From the IMG/VR virus record IMGVR_UViG_3300014204_000011, positions 21,751 through 85,750 of that record: a stretch of DNA of 64,000 nucleotides; one strand, written 5' to 3'. The translations under genes were made by a program, and so were the position numbers. Shown piece by piece: positions 18,411 through 28,836 of the stretch. Positions within the stretch are counted from its first letter, which is position 1, and each line of letters starts with the position of its first letter. The notes under the pieces are model-generated. The model was not told where the DNA came from and searched no databases. It saw only the letters and a list, made by a program, of their open reading frames with translations. The stretch comes from a virus. Its lineage: Duplodnaviria; Caudoviricetes.

Positions 18411-19295
18411 ATGTTTTTTCAGATTAACGGCTTAACCATCCAAAACCTACAAAAAGCTTCAGACGACAAGCTTGTTAAAGTTGATATTATAGCCAATCAT
18501 CTTACCGAAGATAGTGACGGAGAAGTAATACTCAAAGAAGCATTTTCTCCCGAAGTTATCAATGATTTTCTTTCGACCGGCGTAATTAATTTCTGGCATG
18601 ATAATAAAAATCCTCTCTTATCAAAAGAAGAGCAAATGAACGCTTTACTTGGTAAACCCATAGCTTTTAGATGGGAGAATGGAAAGCCTGTAGTTACTGC
18701 ACAACTTACTAAATCACATCCTATCGTACAAACAATGATGCCTCATCTTGAAGCAGGTAATCCTGTGTATAGCGCAAGCGTAGATGGATCTAAAATGGTT
18801 ATGCTTGTAGAAAATAGTGAAGGTGAGAAAAAGAAAGTCATACCTAAAATCAAATGGAACGGACTTGCCATAGCCCCCTGTAATTCAGTAATCAATCGAG
18901 AACCAGGTGTTAATGTTAAATTGTTAAGTAAGGCAAATGATATAATTGCTGAATTTAACGATATGGATAGCTTTAAAATGATGTCTGGACAGATCTTCTC
19001 CCAAGAAACCGAACTCCGTAAAGCTTTATCTGCCCCTGAAAGTGTAGGTGATATGCAAAACACTTCAGGAGGAGTTATAACAAAACAAGATTTAGAAAAA
19101 AGCGTTACATCTTTAACCTTTTCCGAGGATGAAGCATGTAATCTTATAGATACAATATTAGGTATTAAAAATGGTTCGATACCAATAACAATAAATGAAT
19201 ATAAGAACCATTTTAAAAATAATGAAGAATTTGCTGATAAGTCTTATCGGCTGTTCGATAAATATTTCAAAAAAAACAACAAGGAGCAATCGTAA
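18411..19295 (+). CDS. Prohead maturation protease
   Basis: EDSDGEVI, INFWHD, YSASVDG, WNGLAIAP resemble Twort/SPO1-like proteases; directly upstream of scaffold and capsid. ATG 18411 has a GAGAGG RBS. Confidence 0.8.
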   Translation: MFFQINGLTIQNLQKASDDKLVKVDIIANHLTEDSDGEVILKEAFSPEVINDFLSTGVINFWHDNKNPLLSKEEQMNALLGKPIAFRWENGKPVVTAQLTKSHPIVQTMMPHLEAGNPVYSASVDGSKMVMLVENSEGEKKKVIPKIKWNGLAIAPCNSVINREPGVNVKLLSKANDIIAEFNDMDSFKMMSGQIFSQETELRKALSAPESVGDMQNTSGGVITKQDLEKSVTSLTFSEDEACNLIDTILGIKNGSIPITINEYKNHFKNNEEFADKSYRLFDKYFKKNNKEQS

Positions 19296-19296
19296 C

Positions 19297-20076
19297 ATGA
19301 TAACAAAAGAAGAATTGTTACAGAAAGGAATTGATCCTGCCGAAGCTGATAAGATAATTTCGGCTCTCGAAGGACAAGCTGAAAATTCCTCTCCCCTTGA
19401 AGCTCTAAATAAGGCTCTAAAAGATGATTCAGAAATGGATTCTCTTTTTAAAGCAGCCAAAAAGGGAGAGGGTGATGAGGATGACGAAGAGGATGAAGAG
19501 GAATATGACGAAAAGTTCATGAAAAAGATGAAAAAGTACATGAAGTCAAAAGGCAAAGAAGACAGTGGTGATGACGATGACGACAAAGGCTTTTTCGGAA
19601 AAGAAATGAAAAAAGCTGTTGATGACATTAATCCTGATTCAGATGGACTTGTTATTGAAATGGCTGATTTTAAACCGGTTTTTGAGTCTATGGTATCGAC
19701 AATACAAAAGATGTCAAAAGCTATATCCGGACTTGAAAGAAAGGTTGAAGTTCTTTCAGAGCAAAACTCTGATTCTTACAGTCTTTTGGCTAAAGCTGCT
19801 GCTGTTACTGCCGAAACTGCGGAGATTGTAACTGGAATGGGTAATATTCCGGCTGGAAGAAAAGGTGCTTTAATAGCAGACATGAAAAAAGCTAAACAAG
19901 TCGAAAATGTAGATCCTCAAAAAGTTTGGACAGCTCTCGCTAAGGCTGTAAATGCCGGTGATTTGAAAGCTGGAGAAATTGGATCTAAATTTGAAAGTGC
20001 TGGAAAAAGATTCGGTTTTCTATCTGATCCAGAACAGGCTTATGTTATGGAACTTATGAAAAAGGAGGCTAACTAA
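19297..20076 (+). CDS. Capsid scaffolding protein
   Basis: Acidic and helical with many KA sites, between protease and capsid. AAGGAG RBS favours ATG 19297. Confidence 0.75.
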   Translation: MITKEELLQKGIDPAEADKIISALEGQAENSSPLEALNKALKDDSEMDSLFKAAKKGEGDEDDEEDEEEYDEKFMKKMKKYMKSKGKEDSGDDDDDKGFFGKEMKKAVDDINPDSDGLVIEMADFKPVFESMVSTIQKMSKAISGLERKVEVLSEQNSDSYSLLAKAAAVTAETAEIVTGMGNIPAGRKGALIADMKKAKQVENVDPQKVWTALAKAVNAGDLKAGEIGSKFESAGKRFGFLSDPEQAYVMELMKKEAN

Positions 20077-20077
20077 G

Positions 20078-21592
20078 ATGGATGAACTATATATGTTAGC
20101 AGAAAACGGGATGGGGGACATGGGGCTTGGCTCTCTATCGCAACTTGAAGCATTAAGTAAAGCTCTTTCTGCCCCTGCGAGTTATACAGATCTTTATACA
20201 ACTCCAGGTGGCTCACTTACAATGCAATCATTGGAAATGATGCTTGCAACTCTTACTCTTAAAGCTACTGATTTTACTCTATGGCAGGATATGAACAAGA
20301 TGAAAGCATATTCTACTGTTGAAGAATATGATCAGCAGACTGGTCTTGGTATCTCTGATGGTGGATTTGTTGACCAATTCAGCAATCCTACATTTCAAGA
20401 CGCTGATTTTATCAAACAAATCTCAATTGTTAAGTTCATGAGAGAAGGTTGGAAGGTTGGTGATGTACAGGAAGCAACCAGAACAACTATAGACATAAGA
20501 ACAAAACAACAGCAAGCTGCTATGGCAAGGATGTTGAGAAACCTTGACCGTGCGCTTTATAACGGTAACTCTGCATGGATTCCTGAAAGTATTGATGGTC
20601 TTGCTAAAACCATTGCTGCTTCTTCTTCAGAACAGATTTATGATATGAGAGGCGGTAATGTAACTATGGGTACATTTAACCTTATCGGTCAGCTTATCAC
20701 TGAAGGAAATGGTCAGGTAGAAAATGCGAAAATATATGTTTCTCCGGCTGGAGTTCAAAATCTAAGCACTATTACTGAAGACGGTACTACTGCTGCTAAT
20801 AACAGAAAGATAATGAAATCTGGTGATGCTAATATTACTATCGGTGGTAAAATATCAGGTATTATGACAAATTTCGGTGAGATGAAACCGAGAATGGATA
20901 AAATACTTGGTCTTGAATTTGAAGCACAAGGCGTTCCTAAATACAGGAATAATACTACCGGTCTTTGGGTAGAAGGTGCTACTGCTGATAATGCTCCTTC
21001 AGCTCCGGCGGTTGCTCTTACTGTTAATGCTGTTGGTACAGGCTCTAAGTTTAGCGCAGGTACAACCAGACCTTCAGGCGTTGCATATTCTTATAGAGTA
21101 AGTGCAAGGAATAAATATGGAAGATCAATAGCTTGCGCTGCTGTAACGGCTGGTTCAACTGTAGCTGCCGGTGGATCTATTTCAATTGCTATTACTCCCG
21201 CTGCTGGAGATAGCGGTGCGAAAGTTCCTTCTTGTTTCGTAATTTATGCTAAAAAAACAGAAGATGCGAATAATGATTATAGATACATGGACACAATCGC
21301 TGCGGATGCAACTAATCCTCTTGCTGCCGTAACATATGAAGATAAAAATCTTTATATACCAGGTACAGCGAGAATGTATGTTATAGACCAAACTACACAG
21401 GGAGAAAGCAGAGTTCTTTCTTATGCTCAGTTACTTCCTATTCACAACACAGATCTTGCTAAAGTCGGGCCTTATAGCCAGGGACTTATCAATCTGTATG
21501 GTACTATGAAATATTACAAGCCGAATGTTCTTGTTGAAATCAGAAATATCGGTGTATCTCAGACAAATGCAAATCTTTACAATGTAGTTTAA
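20078..21592 (+). CDS. Major capsid protein (Twort/SPO1-like)
   Basis: Propeptide ending LSKA; SLTMQSLE, AYSTVEEY, SIDGL; FN3-like insertion YSYRVSARNKYGRS; LINLYG. Confidence 0.9.
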   Translation: MDELYMLAENGMGDMGLGSLSQLEALSKALSAPASYTDLYTTPGGSLTMQSLEMMLATLTLKATDFTLWQDMNKMKAYSTVEEYDQQTGLGISDGGFVDQFSNPTFQDADFIKQISIVKFMREGWKVGDVQEATRTTIDIRTKQQQAAMARMLRNLDRALYNGNSAWIPESIDGLAKTIAASSSEQIYDMRGGNVTMGTFNLIGQLITEGNGQVENAKIYVSPAGVQNLSTITEDGTTAANNRKIMKSGDANITIGGKISGIMTNFGEMKPRMDKILGLEFEAQGVPKYRNNTTGLWVEGATADNAPSAPAVALTVNAVGTGSKFSAGTTRPSGVAYSYRVSARNKYGRSIACAAVTAGSTVAAGGSISIAITPAAGDSGAKVPSCFVIYAKKTEDANNDYRYMDTIAADATNPLAAVTYEDKNLYIPGTARMYVIDQTTQGESRVLSYAQLLPIHNTDLAKVGPYSQGLINLYGTMKYYKPNVLVEIRNIGVSQTNANLYNVV

Positions 21593-21606
21593 GGAACGGT
21601 TAAGTC

Positions 21607-21927
21607 ATGGCAAATTACATATATGTACCTTATTCTGATAATCCTGTAGGGCATATTGCCCCACAGGATATGTACAGAAACCAGAGAATTTTATCTGGTA
21701 CAGATCCAGAATTATTAACGGCTGACGGTATATTTTTTCTTGATACTTTAGTCCTTGCAACTGGGGAAACTGTTAATATTAAAGACGGTAACGATAGAGT
21801 TGTTGTTGATAATATGCTTGGTGTTACATTGAACAATAATCATATCAGATGTGATTATGGTATTAAAATTACCGGAGATGTAATAATGGCTAAAGGCTAT
21901 CTTGTTGAGAATGTGTTAAATCCATGA
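21607..21927 (+). CDS. Hypothetical virion (head-associated) protein
   Basis: Position after capsid; beta-rich. Confidence 0.45.
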   Translation: MANYIYVPYSDNPVGHIAPQDMYRNQRILSGTDPELLTADGIFFLDTLVLATGETVNIKDGNDRVVVDNMLGVTLNNNHIRCDYGIKITGDVIMAKGYLVENVLNP

Positions 21928-22181
21928 TTTTAAACGTAAATGAAAGATTGCAGTTTCAATATCTATTACCAGCGCAAGGGAATTTTAAAACTCTTGAACT
22001 GGTAGATAGTATTTTACAAAAATTAAAAATAACAAATTTAGAAGAAACTGAAAAGGAATTTTCCTTTAGTCCGGACGAAAAAAATTTGATTCATGATTCT
22101 TTTCAAGCTCTTGATCAAAGTAGCAAACTTCCCTATCAATCTCTTTCTGTATTAAGAAAAATTAAGGAGGAACTTGTATGA
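21924..22181 (+). CDS. Hypothetical protein
   Basis: Coupled ORF in the head-neck operon. Confidence 0.55.
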   Translation: MILNVNERLQFQYLLPAQGNFKTLELVDSILQKLKITNLEETEKEFSFSPDEKNLIHDSFQALDQSSKLPYQSLSVLRKIKEELV

Positions 22182-22588
22182 CTCAATATATAGGCGATTA
22201 TGACGAAAGCCAGGGCAGTCTAAGTTTTGCAGCTCTACAAAATCTTATAGATAAACTTACACCTACTGTTATTAAATCAATCGAAAGAGTGTGTAAAACA
22301 GTAGTAAGTGGTTCGGCAGGTGTAGAAGCTGACATACCGATGGGTGCGGAAATTATAGATGTAACAAGTATATGTCTAAAATCAAACGGAAGTGGAAGTA
22401 TGACTGTTAAAACCAATGCTGATACTCCGGTTGATATTTCAAACGCTCTTCAAGCTGCTACTGCTGATGAAGTTGCGAGAGCTGCTACAATTGATACTAC
22501 TTATTCGATTGTCGGAGTTGACGGTATTTCAATTTTCGGAAATGGTGCTGCGGATTACGCTGCCGTTTATATCAAATATTTGCTATAA
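22178..22588 (+). CDS. Putative head decoration/structural protein
   Basis: Ala/Gly/Thr-rich, beta-type composition; position. Confidence 0.45.
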   Translation: MTQYIGDYDESQGSLSFAALQNLIDKLTPTVIKSIERVCKTVVSGSAGVEADIPMGAEIIDVTSICLKSNGSGSMTVKTNADTPVDISNALQAATADEVARAATIDTTYSIVGVDGISIFGNGAADYAAVYIKYLL

Positions 22589-22598
22589 AGGATAAAAA

Positions 22599-23531
22599 AT
22601 GACCTGTTCTAATTTAGTAGGTTTTGCTTTTAATAATCCTGATATTACCAATGATTATCACGCCCCCAAATGGGGGCTTTTGGTAAGTCCTCATGAACTT
22701 CGATATGATGAACTTTTCGGAAACCCATTAATAGCCGAAGCTGATTCTTTTACATTTACAGATGAACAATTAATGGATTATGCTAGAACTGCTATAGGAT
22801 TTATGGAAAGAGAATTAAATATTGATATATTACCGAGACTTATAAGATATAGAGATCCGATTGATTCTAATGGAAATGAATTAGCCAGAACTGATATTGA
22901 TGATAGTGCATATCTAACATCTCTAAAAACAGGAAAACAAAAAAATGCTCTTTATATTAGAGAATTAGGATATGGATATAAAATAATTCAGGCAAGGCAC
23001 GAAGCCAGGGTTAAATTGAGGAGAAGACCTGTTCGAGCAGTATTATCGGCTAAATTTTCTACGCCGTATATTGATACTACTGCAATAGATCTTATGCCTT
23101 TTCGTATGTTAAAAAAAGATTTTTCTGGAGTTCTAACCTTTAGACCAAACAGAACACCTTTAAGAAGTTTAGGTTGGGATCAGGTTTGGCAGACATATTT
23201 ACTTGCTCCATATCTTCGAGATTTACAGGATATATTTTTAATAGATTATACAACTGGTTATGAAAATTGTGAAGATGTTCCAGAAGACATAAGGTATATA
23301 ACAAAAAGAATAGCTGCATGTACTCTTATGGCTACATATGGAGATGGAAAAATGTCATCCATAGCAAGCAGATCTGTAAACCTAAACTCAGTAAGTGAGG
23401 CTATTTCAACTACAATGTCTGCAACTTCCGCAGCTTTTGGAGCTAGAATTTTACAATATCAAAAAGAAATAAAAACATGGTTCGCTACTAATCGCCAAAA
23501 ATACAGTAATACAAGTATAGGTGTTTTATGA
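22599..23531 (+). CDS. Head-tail adaptor (neck 1)
   Basis: IGFMERELNIDI, DYTTGY, VPEDI, SRSVNLNSVSE, FGARILQYQKEI resemble myovirus adaptors. Confidence 0.7.
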   Translation: MTCSNLVGFAFNNPDITNDYHAPKWGLLVSPHELRYDELFGNPLIAEADSFTFTDEQLMDYARTAIGFMERELNIDILPRLIRYRDPIDSNGNELARTDIDDSAYLTSLKTGKQKNALYIRELGYGYKIIQARHEARVKLRRRPVRAVLSAKFSTPYIDTTAIDLMPFRMLKKDFSGVLTFRPNRTPLRSLGWDQVWQTYLLAPYLRDLQDIFLIDYTTGYENCEDVPEDIRYITKRIAACTLMATYGDGKMSSIASRSVNLNSVSEAISTTMSATSAAFGARILQYQKEIKTWFATNRQKYSNTSIGVL

Positions 23532-23914
23532 TAACTCAATCTTTTAAAAATGGTAAATCTGAAATAAGATTTGAAAATGCAGAATCTATGGAAGATGCGA
23601 AAAAAAACGGATTTACTGATGGAGTATATACCAGGTTTTTTATAGATAATAAACCGGTTCAAAACTATATGGCTTTAATGCAATATATTGTAGATGAAAC
23701 AAGAAAAACCGGTAAGCGTTTTATACCTCCTACTCATGAAGATTTAAAGAATTTACAAAAAAAAGTTATACAAACTCAAAATAACGAAATGAGAACACAA
23801 ATACAAAACTTGAAAAATCAATATATTCAAATGAACGCTCCAGAGCATGTTTTAAAACAACTTGATGAAGCTATAGATAAAATAGATTTAGTTGGCATGA
23901 GAGTAGTTCAATAA
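23528..23914 (+). CDS. Hypothetical protein
   Basis: Coupled ORF. Confidence 0.55.
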   Translation: MITQSFKNGKSEIRFENAESMEDAKKNGFTDGVYTRFFIDNKPVQNYMALMQYIVDETRKTGKRFIPPTHEDLKNLQKKVIQTQNNEMRTQIQNLKNQYIQMNAPEHVLKQLDEAIDKIDLVGMRVVQ

Positions 23915-25101
23915 TGGGCCAGAATCTAAACATAGGACAGGAAAACAGTCTTGTAGTTTATGGCAATCCCGAAAGCTTTAAAAAGCTGATTAAAAATCAT
24001 GGTCAATTATGTAAAATAAAACAGGCAATCTTATGCCCCTGTGTCACAGCAAATAATGGTAGTGCTGATATGTATTGTACTATTTGCAAAGGCACTGGTT
24101 TTGTATATACTTATCAAAGACGTTTTATGGTCGCAGATGAACAAAGTCAGGTTAATTGTGATGTCACTGAAGTAAATCCTTATTATATACCCGTTCTTGA
24201 AGTTTCAAAAGTTGAAAGAGTAACGAGTGTTGTTCAAGGTGGAATTCAGACTATGCCTGTAACAAGTTTTAATGAAACTACTATTTTTGTAGAAAATAAT
24301 ATAGACGCAAAATATTATGATAAAATGAGAGTTACTTATTTTTTCGATGGATGGACGAAAGTTGAAGGTGATATTTTAACTGTAAATGAAGAGCATGGTT
24401 TAATGTGGCCTACTGAAACTTTTTTTGATGCAGGGTATCAAAGCAGTAATCCTTTACAAGCTGAAGCCGATATTACTCAGATCAATAGAGTTTATAATAT
24501 TGTTACGGGTGTGGAAATTACAGAATATACGAGATTAGGAAATGCAATAAAAACAAAAGAACCTATTGTTTCCGGTCAAATGGCTGCTGATTATTATTAT
24601 GCAGATCTTACTCAGATTATTACCGCAGATTTAAAAATAAAAGATGACAATGAAGTTTGGACTTATGAAATGTCATCCGGAAATTTAAGACTTGCTTTAT
24701 TTCCGTGGTGGAATGTTGCAAAAGGAGATATTGTTGTAATTGCTGCGGATGCTCAATTTAAAACAGAACTTTTTGTTCATAGAGGAGATCTTGATCAACT
24801 TTTTCAAATGGAAGTTGTAGAACTTAATGATGTCTGTATGGATAGTGACGGTAATACTTATTATAGAGATGAAGATTATATTCTTGTAGGTAATAGATAT
24901 GTTTCATGGATTTCTGACAATAAACCAAAAGATGAAAAAACAGTTTCTTTAAGGTACGGATTTAAACCGGCATTTATTTGTTTTGAAGATCAGCCGGAGC
25001 GTAATAATTTAGAGAATAAAAAGTACCCCACAATTATATATGTAAAAGCATGGACTAAAGAAAACAAAGATGATATTACTAAATTGTTAACGGCGGTATA
25101 A
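23914..25101 (+). CDS. Head closure (neck 2) protein with Zn-binding motif
   Basis: CPCV...CTICKGTGF as in Twort-like neck proteins. Confidence 0.7.
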   Translation: MGQNLNIGQENSLVVYGNPESFKKLIKNHGQLCKIKQAILCPCVTANNGSADMYCTICKGTGFVYTYQRRFMVADEQSQVNCDVTEVNPYYIPVLEVSKVERVTSVVQGGIQTMPVTSFNETTIFVENNIDAKYYDKMRVTYFFDGWTKVEGDILTVNEEHGLMWPTETFFDAGYQSSNPLQAEADITQINRVYNIVTGVEITEYTRLGNAIKTKEPIVSGQMAADYYYADLTQIITADLKIKDDNEVWTYEMSSGNLRLALFPWWNVAKGDIVVIAADAQFKTELFVHRGDLDQLFQMEVVELNDVCMDSDGNTYYRDEDYILVGNRYVSWISDNKPKDEKTVSLRYGFKPAFICFEDQPERNNLENKKYPTIIYVKAWTKENKDDITKLLTAV

Positions 25102-25880
25102 TGACAGTTATAGCTAAATATAGCGATTATTCAGTTCAAAGTATTGAATATTTTATAGATGCTATTAAGGATGAATTAGCGTTAAGAGATATTTCAGGAC
25201 TGACTAATAACACTATACAAAAAATAAATGTAACGAAACAACATCCACTTGTAACGCTCATGGATAGTTCAATTAATCCGAATAAAAATCTTGATGATAC
25301 AAGATCAAGTATAATACCTGCAATTTCTGTAACTCCTGGTAATATGGCTGATGAAGCTGCAACTATGGGTAAATCTTATCAAGCTTTTGTTATTGATGAC
25401 GATTGGATTACTGAATTTAAAGAAATTGTAAATAAGACACAAAAAGAAATTTTGGAAGATGGATTGATAACAGTTGATCAGGCTAATGCTATTATGACTG
25501 AATATAGGCGTGGTCAGGGTGTAATGCGTTGTCAAAAACATATGTGGGGATGGAATGAGGAGATAAATATTAGTTTGTGGTCTAACACTCCGGATGTTGA
25601 TGTTGTTATGGCTACACTTCTTGATAGTATTCTTGCTGAAATTGCTATGGGTACGGTAGGTGATAATTCCGCTTTAAAAAACATGAAATATAGACCTACA
25701 AAAGGTCTGACTAATTTCAATTTCGGGCGTGTTCTTTTCGGTACAGAATATAACTTGACATTTTTCAATACTTACCATAATTATACGATATTCACTGAAG
25801 ATCTTATATCAGGACATGATCTTCAAGGTACATTCACAGTTCCAGGGAGCACGGAAACATGGCAAACACCGACCGAATGA
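25101..25880 (+). CDS. Tail completion/terminator protein
   Basis: Position before sheath; IIPAISV, INISLWS. Confidence 0.6.
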   Translation: MTVIAKYSDYSVQSIEYFIDAIKDELALRDISGLTNNTIQKINVTKQHPLVTLMDSSINPNKNLDDTRSSIIPAISVTPGNMADEAATMGKSYQAFVIDDDWITEFKEIVNKTQKEILEDGLITVDQANAIMTEYRRGQGVMRCQKHMWGWNEEINISLWSNTPDVDVVMATLLDSILAEIAMGTVGDNSALKNMKYRPTKGLTNFNFGRVLFGTEYNLTFFNTYHNYTIFTEDLISGHDLQGTFTVPGSTETWQTPTE

Positions 25881-26044
25881 CGCTAGATACTTACCTTGCT
25901 AATTATTCAACAAAACGTAGAATAGATGGAGTTATAAAACAATGGTTTGCGTCTAATTATGGTGCAAAATATTGTGTTAAAACTAAAGAAGAATGGGAAA
26001 AAGATATAAAAGATTTTTTTTCTAAGACTGAAAAGAAAATTTAA
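25877..26044 (+). CDS. Small protein preceding tail sheath
   Basis: ATGA overlap with upstream stop; MTLDTYL...KTKEEWEK. Confidence 0.6.
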   Translation: MTLDTYLANYSTKRRIDGVIKQWFASNYGAKYCVKTKEEWEKDIKDFFSKTEKKI

Positions 26045-26060
26045 TTAAGAGGTAAAAGGT

Positions 26061-27848
26061 ATGGCAGTATATTATGATTTTGCCGGACAGAAGATTATAA
26101 AACCTGGTTCATATACTAAAAGGTCTTTTCCTGCCGAACAAGGGTTGGGAAATCTTACCGGTCGTGTTATTATCATGGGAGAAGCTACAAAAGGCGGTAT
26201 TCCTTTTGATGCTTATACAGATGTCGAAGACGTAATAAATACTGTAAATGGTCAAGCCCAGGCATTGAATGTTTTCGGAGGAGGCCCTTTATATTATAGT
26301 ACAGAATTTTTTCTCACACCTACAAAAGATCCGAGATTTAATACACCTTCAAAAGCTGATTGTATAGTTGTAAATCAAATGACTCAGGCTTCCGGAACTC
26401 TCAATAATAGCGCAACACCTATTATTGATGTTAAGTTTAACAAGTTTGGTACAGACGGAAATCAGGCTGCAATTAAAGATAGTGCCGGATCTTCTACCGG
26501 TAAACTACTTCAATTACTTTATAAGGGCGAAGAGCTTCTAAACAAAGATAATCTTACATTGCCAATGTTTAGTCTTCAATATACTGGAGCTAGTACAGGC
26601 GCATTGTTAAGCATAAGTGCTACAAAAATAACTACTGTATGTTCTGGTGCTACAGGGGATAACCTTGATATTACTCTTTCAGAGTATGATGATTTAGGCA
26701 GTCTTGTAAATTATATAAACAGTAAATCAGTTTATACATGTTTATTGACTGGTAAAAGTGACGAAAAAGTAAATATTTTTGATGTTGTAACTTCTCAGGA
26801 TATTTTAACAGCAGCTTATCCATGTGTAGCTATTGTAGAAGCTCTGATAAGAGCAATTACCGGAAGTGAATCTTTTACAGCGACACTACATACCGGAAGT
26901 ACAAGGCTTGTACCTGATAATCTTAGTGATTATTTGTTTATGGCAGGTGGCACAGTAAGCGCAGCAACTACACAAAACTGGACAGACGCACTTGAAAAAC
27001 TTGAAAAGTATGATGTAAACTGTCTTGTAATTGCAAGCGGAAGCGCAACTATTAAAGCTCTTGTAAGTTCTCATATTACTAAAATGAATGGCTTGACTGT
27101 TAAAAAATATAGACAAGCTATATCCGGAGCAAGTACAGTTGAAAATACAAAATCTTCAAGAATTGCAGAAATGAAATCTTTGAATAATGCTTATTTTGAA
27201 TACTGTGTAAGCCCATTTAAACGATATGATTATGTAAATAAAGAAGTTCCTACAAATGATTTTGAAGCATATTATCTTGGTGCAATGATCGCAGGTCTTA
27301 GATATTCAAATAATGTAGGTATGGATGTAGTTTTTAAATATCTTGATGTACTTTCTACTCCGGAAATAGCTGAAGAAGATCAAAACGATTATGCTGAAGC
27401 CGGTGCAACACTTATTCAAAAAACAAATAATGTTTTTAACGGTACTCAGAATTTTGAAATATTGATAAATAACAGCACTTTCCAGGGGAGTCAGGTAACA
27501 AGAACTAATCCTGCATGTGTTTATGAAATCAATGTTTTGACTAAGTATTATGAAGAATACATCACGGAGCAGTTAAGAGCATTAGATGGCGTTGCAAATT
27601 CTGTAGTTATCGCAACAATACAGAATAAAATAACAACCTATCTTTTCCCTGTTCTTTTCAGGGATTCATACAAATGGATTACTGATTATACAGATCCAGA
27701 TACAGGCGCAGTTCAAGCAGCTTTTTCAAATGTAGTTTTTAGGCAAGAGGGTGAACAGTTTATAACTACGGCAGTTTTTACAATGTCTGTAACACCTAGA
27801 TTTGCTTTCAATTTCTTTACTTTTATAACACCAGGACAGAATGTTTAA
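26061..27848 (+). CDS. Tail sheath protein
   Basis: KPGSY, VIIMGEATKGG, WTDALEKLE, SSHITKM; typical sheath length and position. Confidence 0.9.
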   Translation: MAVYYDFAGQKIIKPGSYTKRSFPAEQGLGNLTGRVIIMGEATKGGIPFDAYTDVEDVINTVNGQAQALNVFGGGPLYYSTEFFLTPTKDPRFNTPSKADCIVVNQMTQASGTLNNSATPIIDVKFNKFGTDGNQAAIKDSAGSSTGKLLQLLYKGEELLNKDNLTLPMFSLQYTGASTGALLSISATKITTVCSGATGDNLDITLSEYDDLGSLVNYINSKSVYTCLLTGKSDEKVNIFDVVTSQDILTAAYPCVAIVEALIRAITGSESFTATLHTGSTRLVPDNLSDYLFMAGGTVSAATTQNWTDALEKLEKYDVNCLVIASGSATIKALVSSHITKMNGLTVKKYRQAISGASTVENTKSSRIAEMKSLNNAYFEYCVSPFKRYDYVNKEVPTNDFEAYYLGAMIAGLRYSNNVGMDVVFKYLDVLSTPEIAEEDQNDYAEAGATLIQKTNNVFNGTQNFEILINNSTFQGSQVTRTNPACVYEINVLTKYYEEYITEQLRALDGVANSVVIATIQNKITTYLFPVLFRDSYKWITDYTDPDTGAVQAAFSNVVFRQEGEQFITTAVFTMSVTPRFAFNFFTFITPGQNV

Positions 27849-27859
27849 GGAGGTTTTAT

Positions 27860-28318
27860 ATGGCTTTTAGATCAGGTGGAGAACCACAAGGGCCTGTTGG
27901 AAGTGGTATAGATTGCTTCCTTATGCAGGATAATACAATTCTCGGTTATTCGACCGAGATGAATGTCAATGAAGACTACATGTTGGACGGCGTTCAGAGT
28001 CTTGGATATTACGGTTACAGAGATTTACTCAGTTTGGGATATAACTGTGATTTTGACTTGGGAACTTTTTTACTTAGAGGTGCAGATGTAACCGGATCTG
28101 TCTCAATGCCAGGTTGGCAGCCAGACGGAAATAACAATATAAACAGTGCCGGTTTATTTACATTTACCGCATTGGATATTCACACTTTAACAGTTCTTTT
28201 TACTTTAATGGGTGCTAAATATGGCGGTGGAAATTTAACTGTTGCTGTAGGTGCGTTAATGAAACGCCAGACAAGATGGCGTTGCAGAATGTTGCTCCCC
28301 GGTTTACAAACTTCTTAA
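27860..28318 (+). CDS. Tail tube protein
   Basis: Directly after sheath; ILGYSTEMNVNEDY. Confidence 0.8.
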   Translation: MAFRSGGEPQGPVGSGIDCFLMQDNTILGYSTEMNVNEDYMLDGVQSLGYYGYRDLLSLGYNCDFDLGTFLLRGADVTGSVSMPGWQPDGNNNINSAGLFTFTALDIHTLTVLFTLMGAKYGGGNLTVAVGALMKRQTRWRCRMLLPGLQTS

Positions 28319-28340
28319 ATACTAAAATACTTTGAATTTT

Positions 28341-28377
28341 AAAAATCGGGATTATCAAATTGATTTTCCCGATTTTT
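28341..28377 (+). terminator. Intrinsic terminator after tail tube
   Basis: AAAAATCGGGA...TCCCGATTTTT inverted repeat. Confidence 0.75.
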
Positions 28378-28402
28378 CTATTTTGTAAATTATTTTTCTT
28401 AC

Positions 28403-28430
28403 TTGACAAAAAATAAATATCAATTACCTT
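28403..28430 (+). promoter_or_regulatory. Sigma70-like promoter
   Basis: TTGACA-N16-TACCTT. Confidence 0.5.
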
Positions 28431-28461
28431 AAAACAAATTAAATAAAAATGGAGAAAAACT

Positions 28462-28836
28462 TTGAATTTATTAAATATGGAAGAAGAGAAATTTAAGGAA
28501 ATAGAAGTTAAGGGTTATAAATTTAAAATCAGGGCTATGTCTCCTAAAGACAGGCGAATTATAACACAAAGAAGAGTATTTTTACAAAATGGTCAACCCG
28601 TATCATCTTTTACAGATGATGATTTTTATTATCTTGAAAGCCTGGCTATGAATGATATTTGCATTGAAAAAATGCCTGATCCGGAAGGAGATAATTTTAA
28701 ACCGAATATGTCTTGCGATAATTGGGATGATGTGGATTTGATAAATCTTGTCGCAAATGAAATAAGAAAACACACCGCTTACATTGAAGAGGAGTTAAAA
28801 AAAAATAGACCTTCTACTGGAATCGTCAAAGGATGA
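28462..28836 (+). CDS. Tail assembly chaperone (G-like)
   Basis: Between tube and tape measure; GGAG RBS and TTG start; A9 tract near the 3' end. Confidence 0.75.
   Translation: MNLLNMEEEKFKEIEVKGYKFKIRAMSPKDRRIITQRRVFLQNGQPVSSFTDDDFYYLESLAMNDICIEKMPDPEGDNFKPNMSCDNWDDVDLINLVANEIRKHTAYIEEELKKNRPSTGIVKG

Noticed and set aside
19470-19590. GAT/GAA-rich pseudo-repeat
   Set aside because: It encodes the acidic tract of the scaffold protein.
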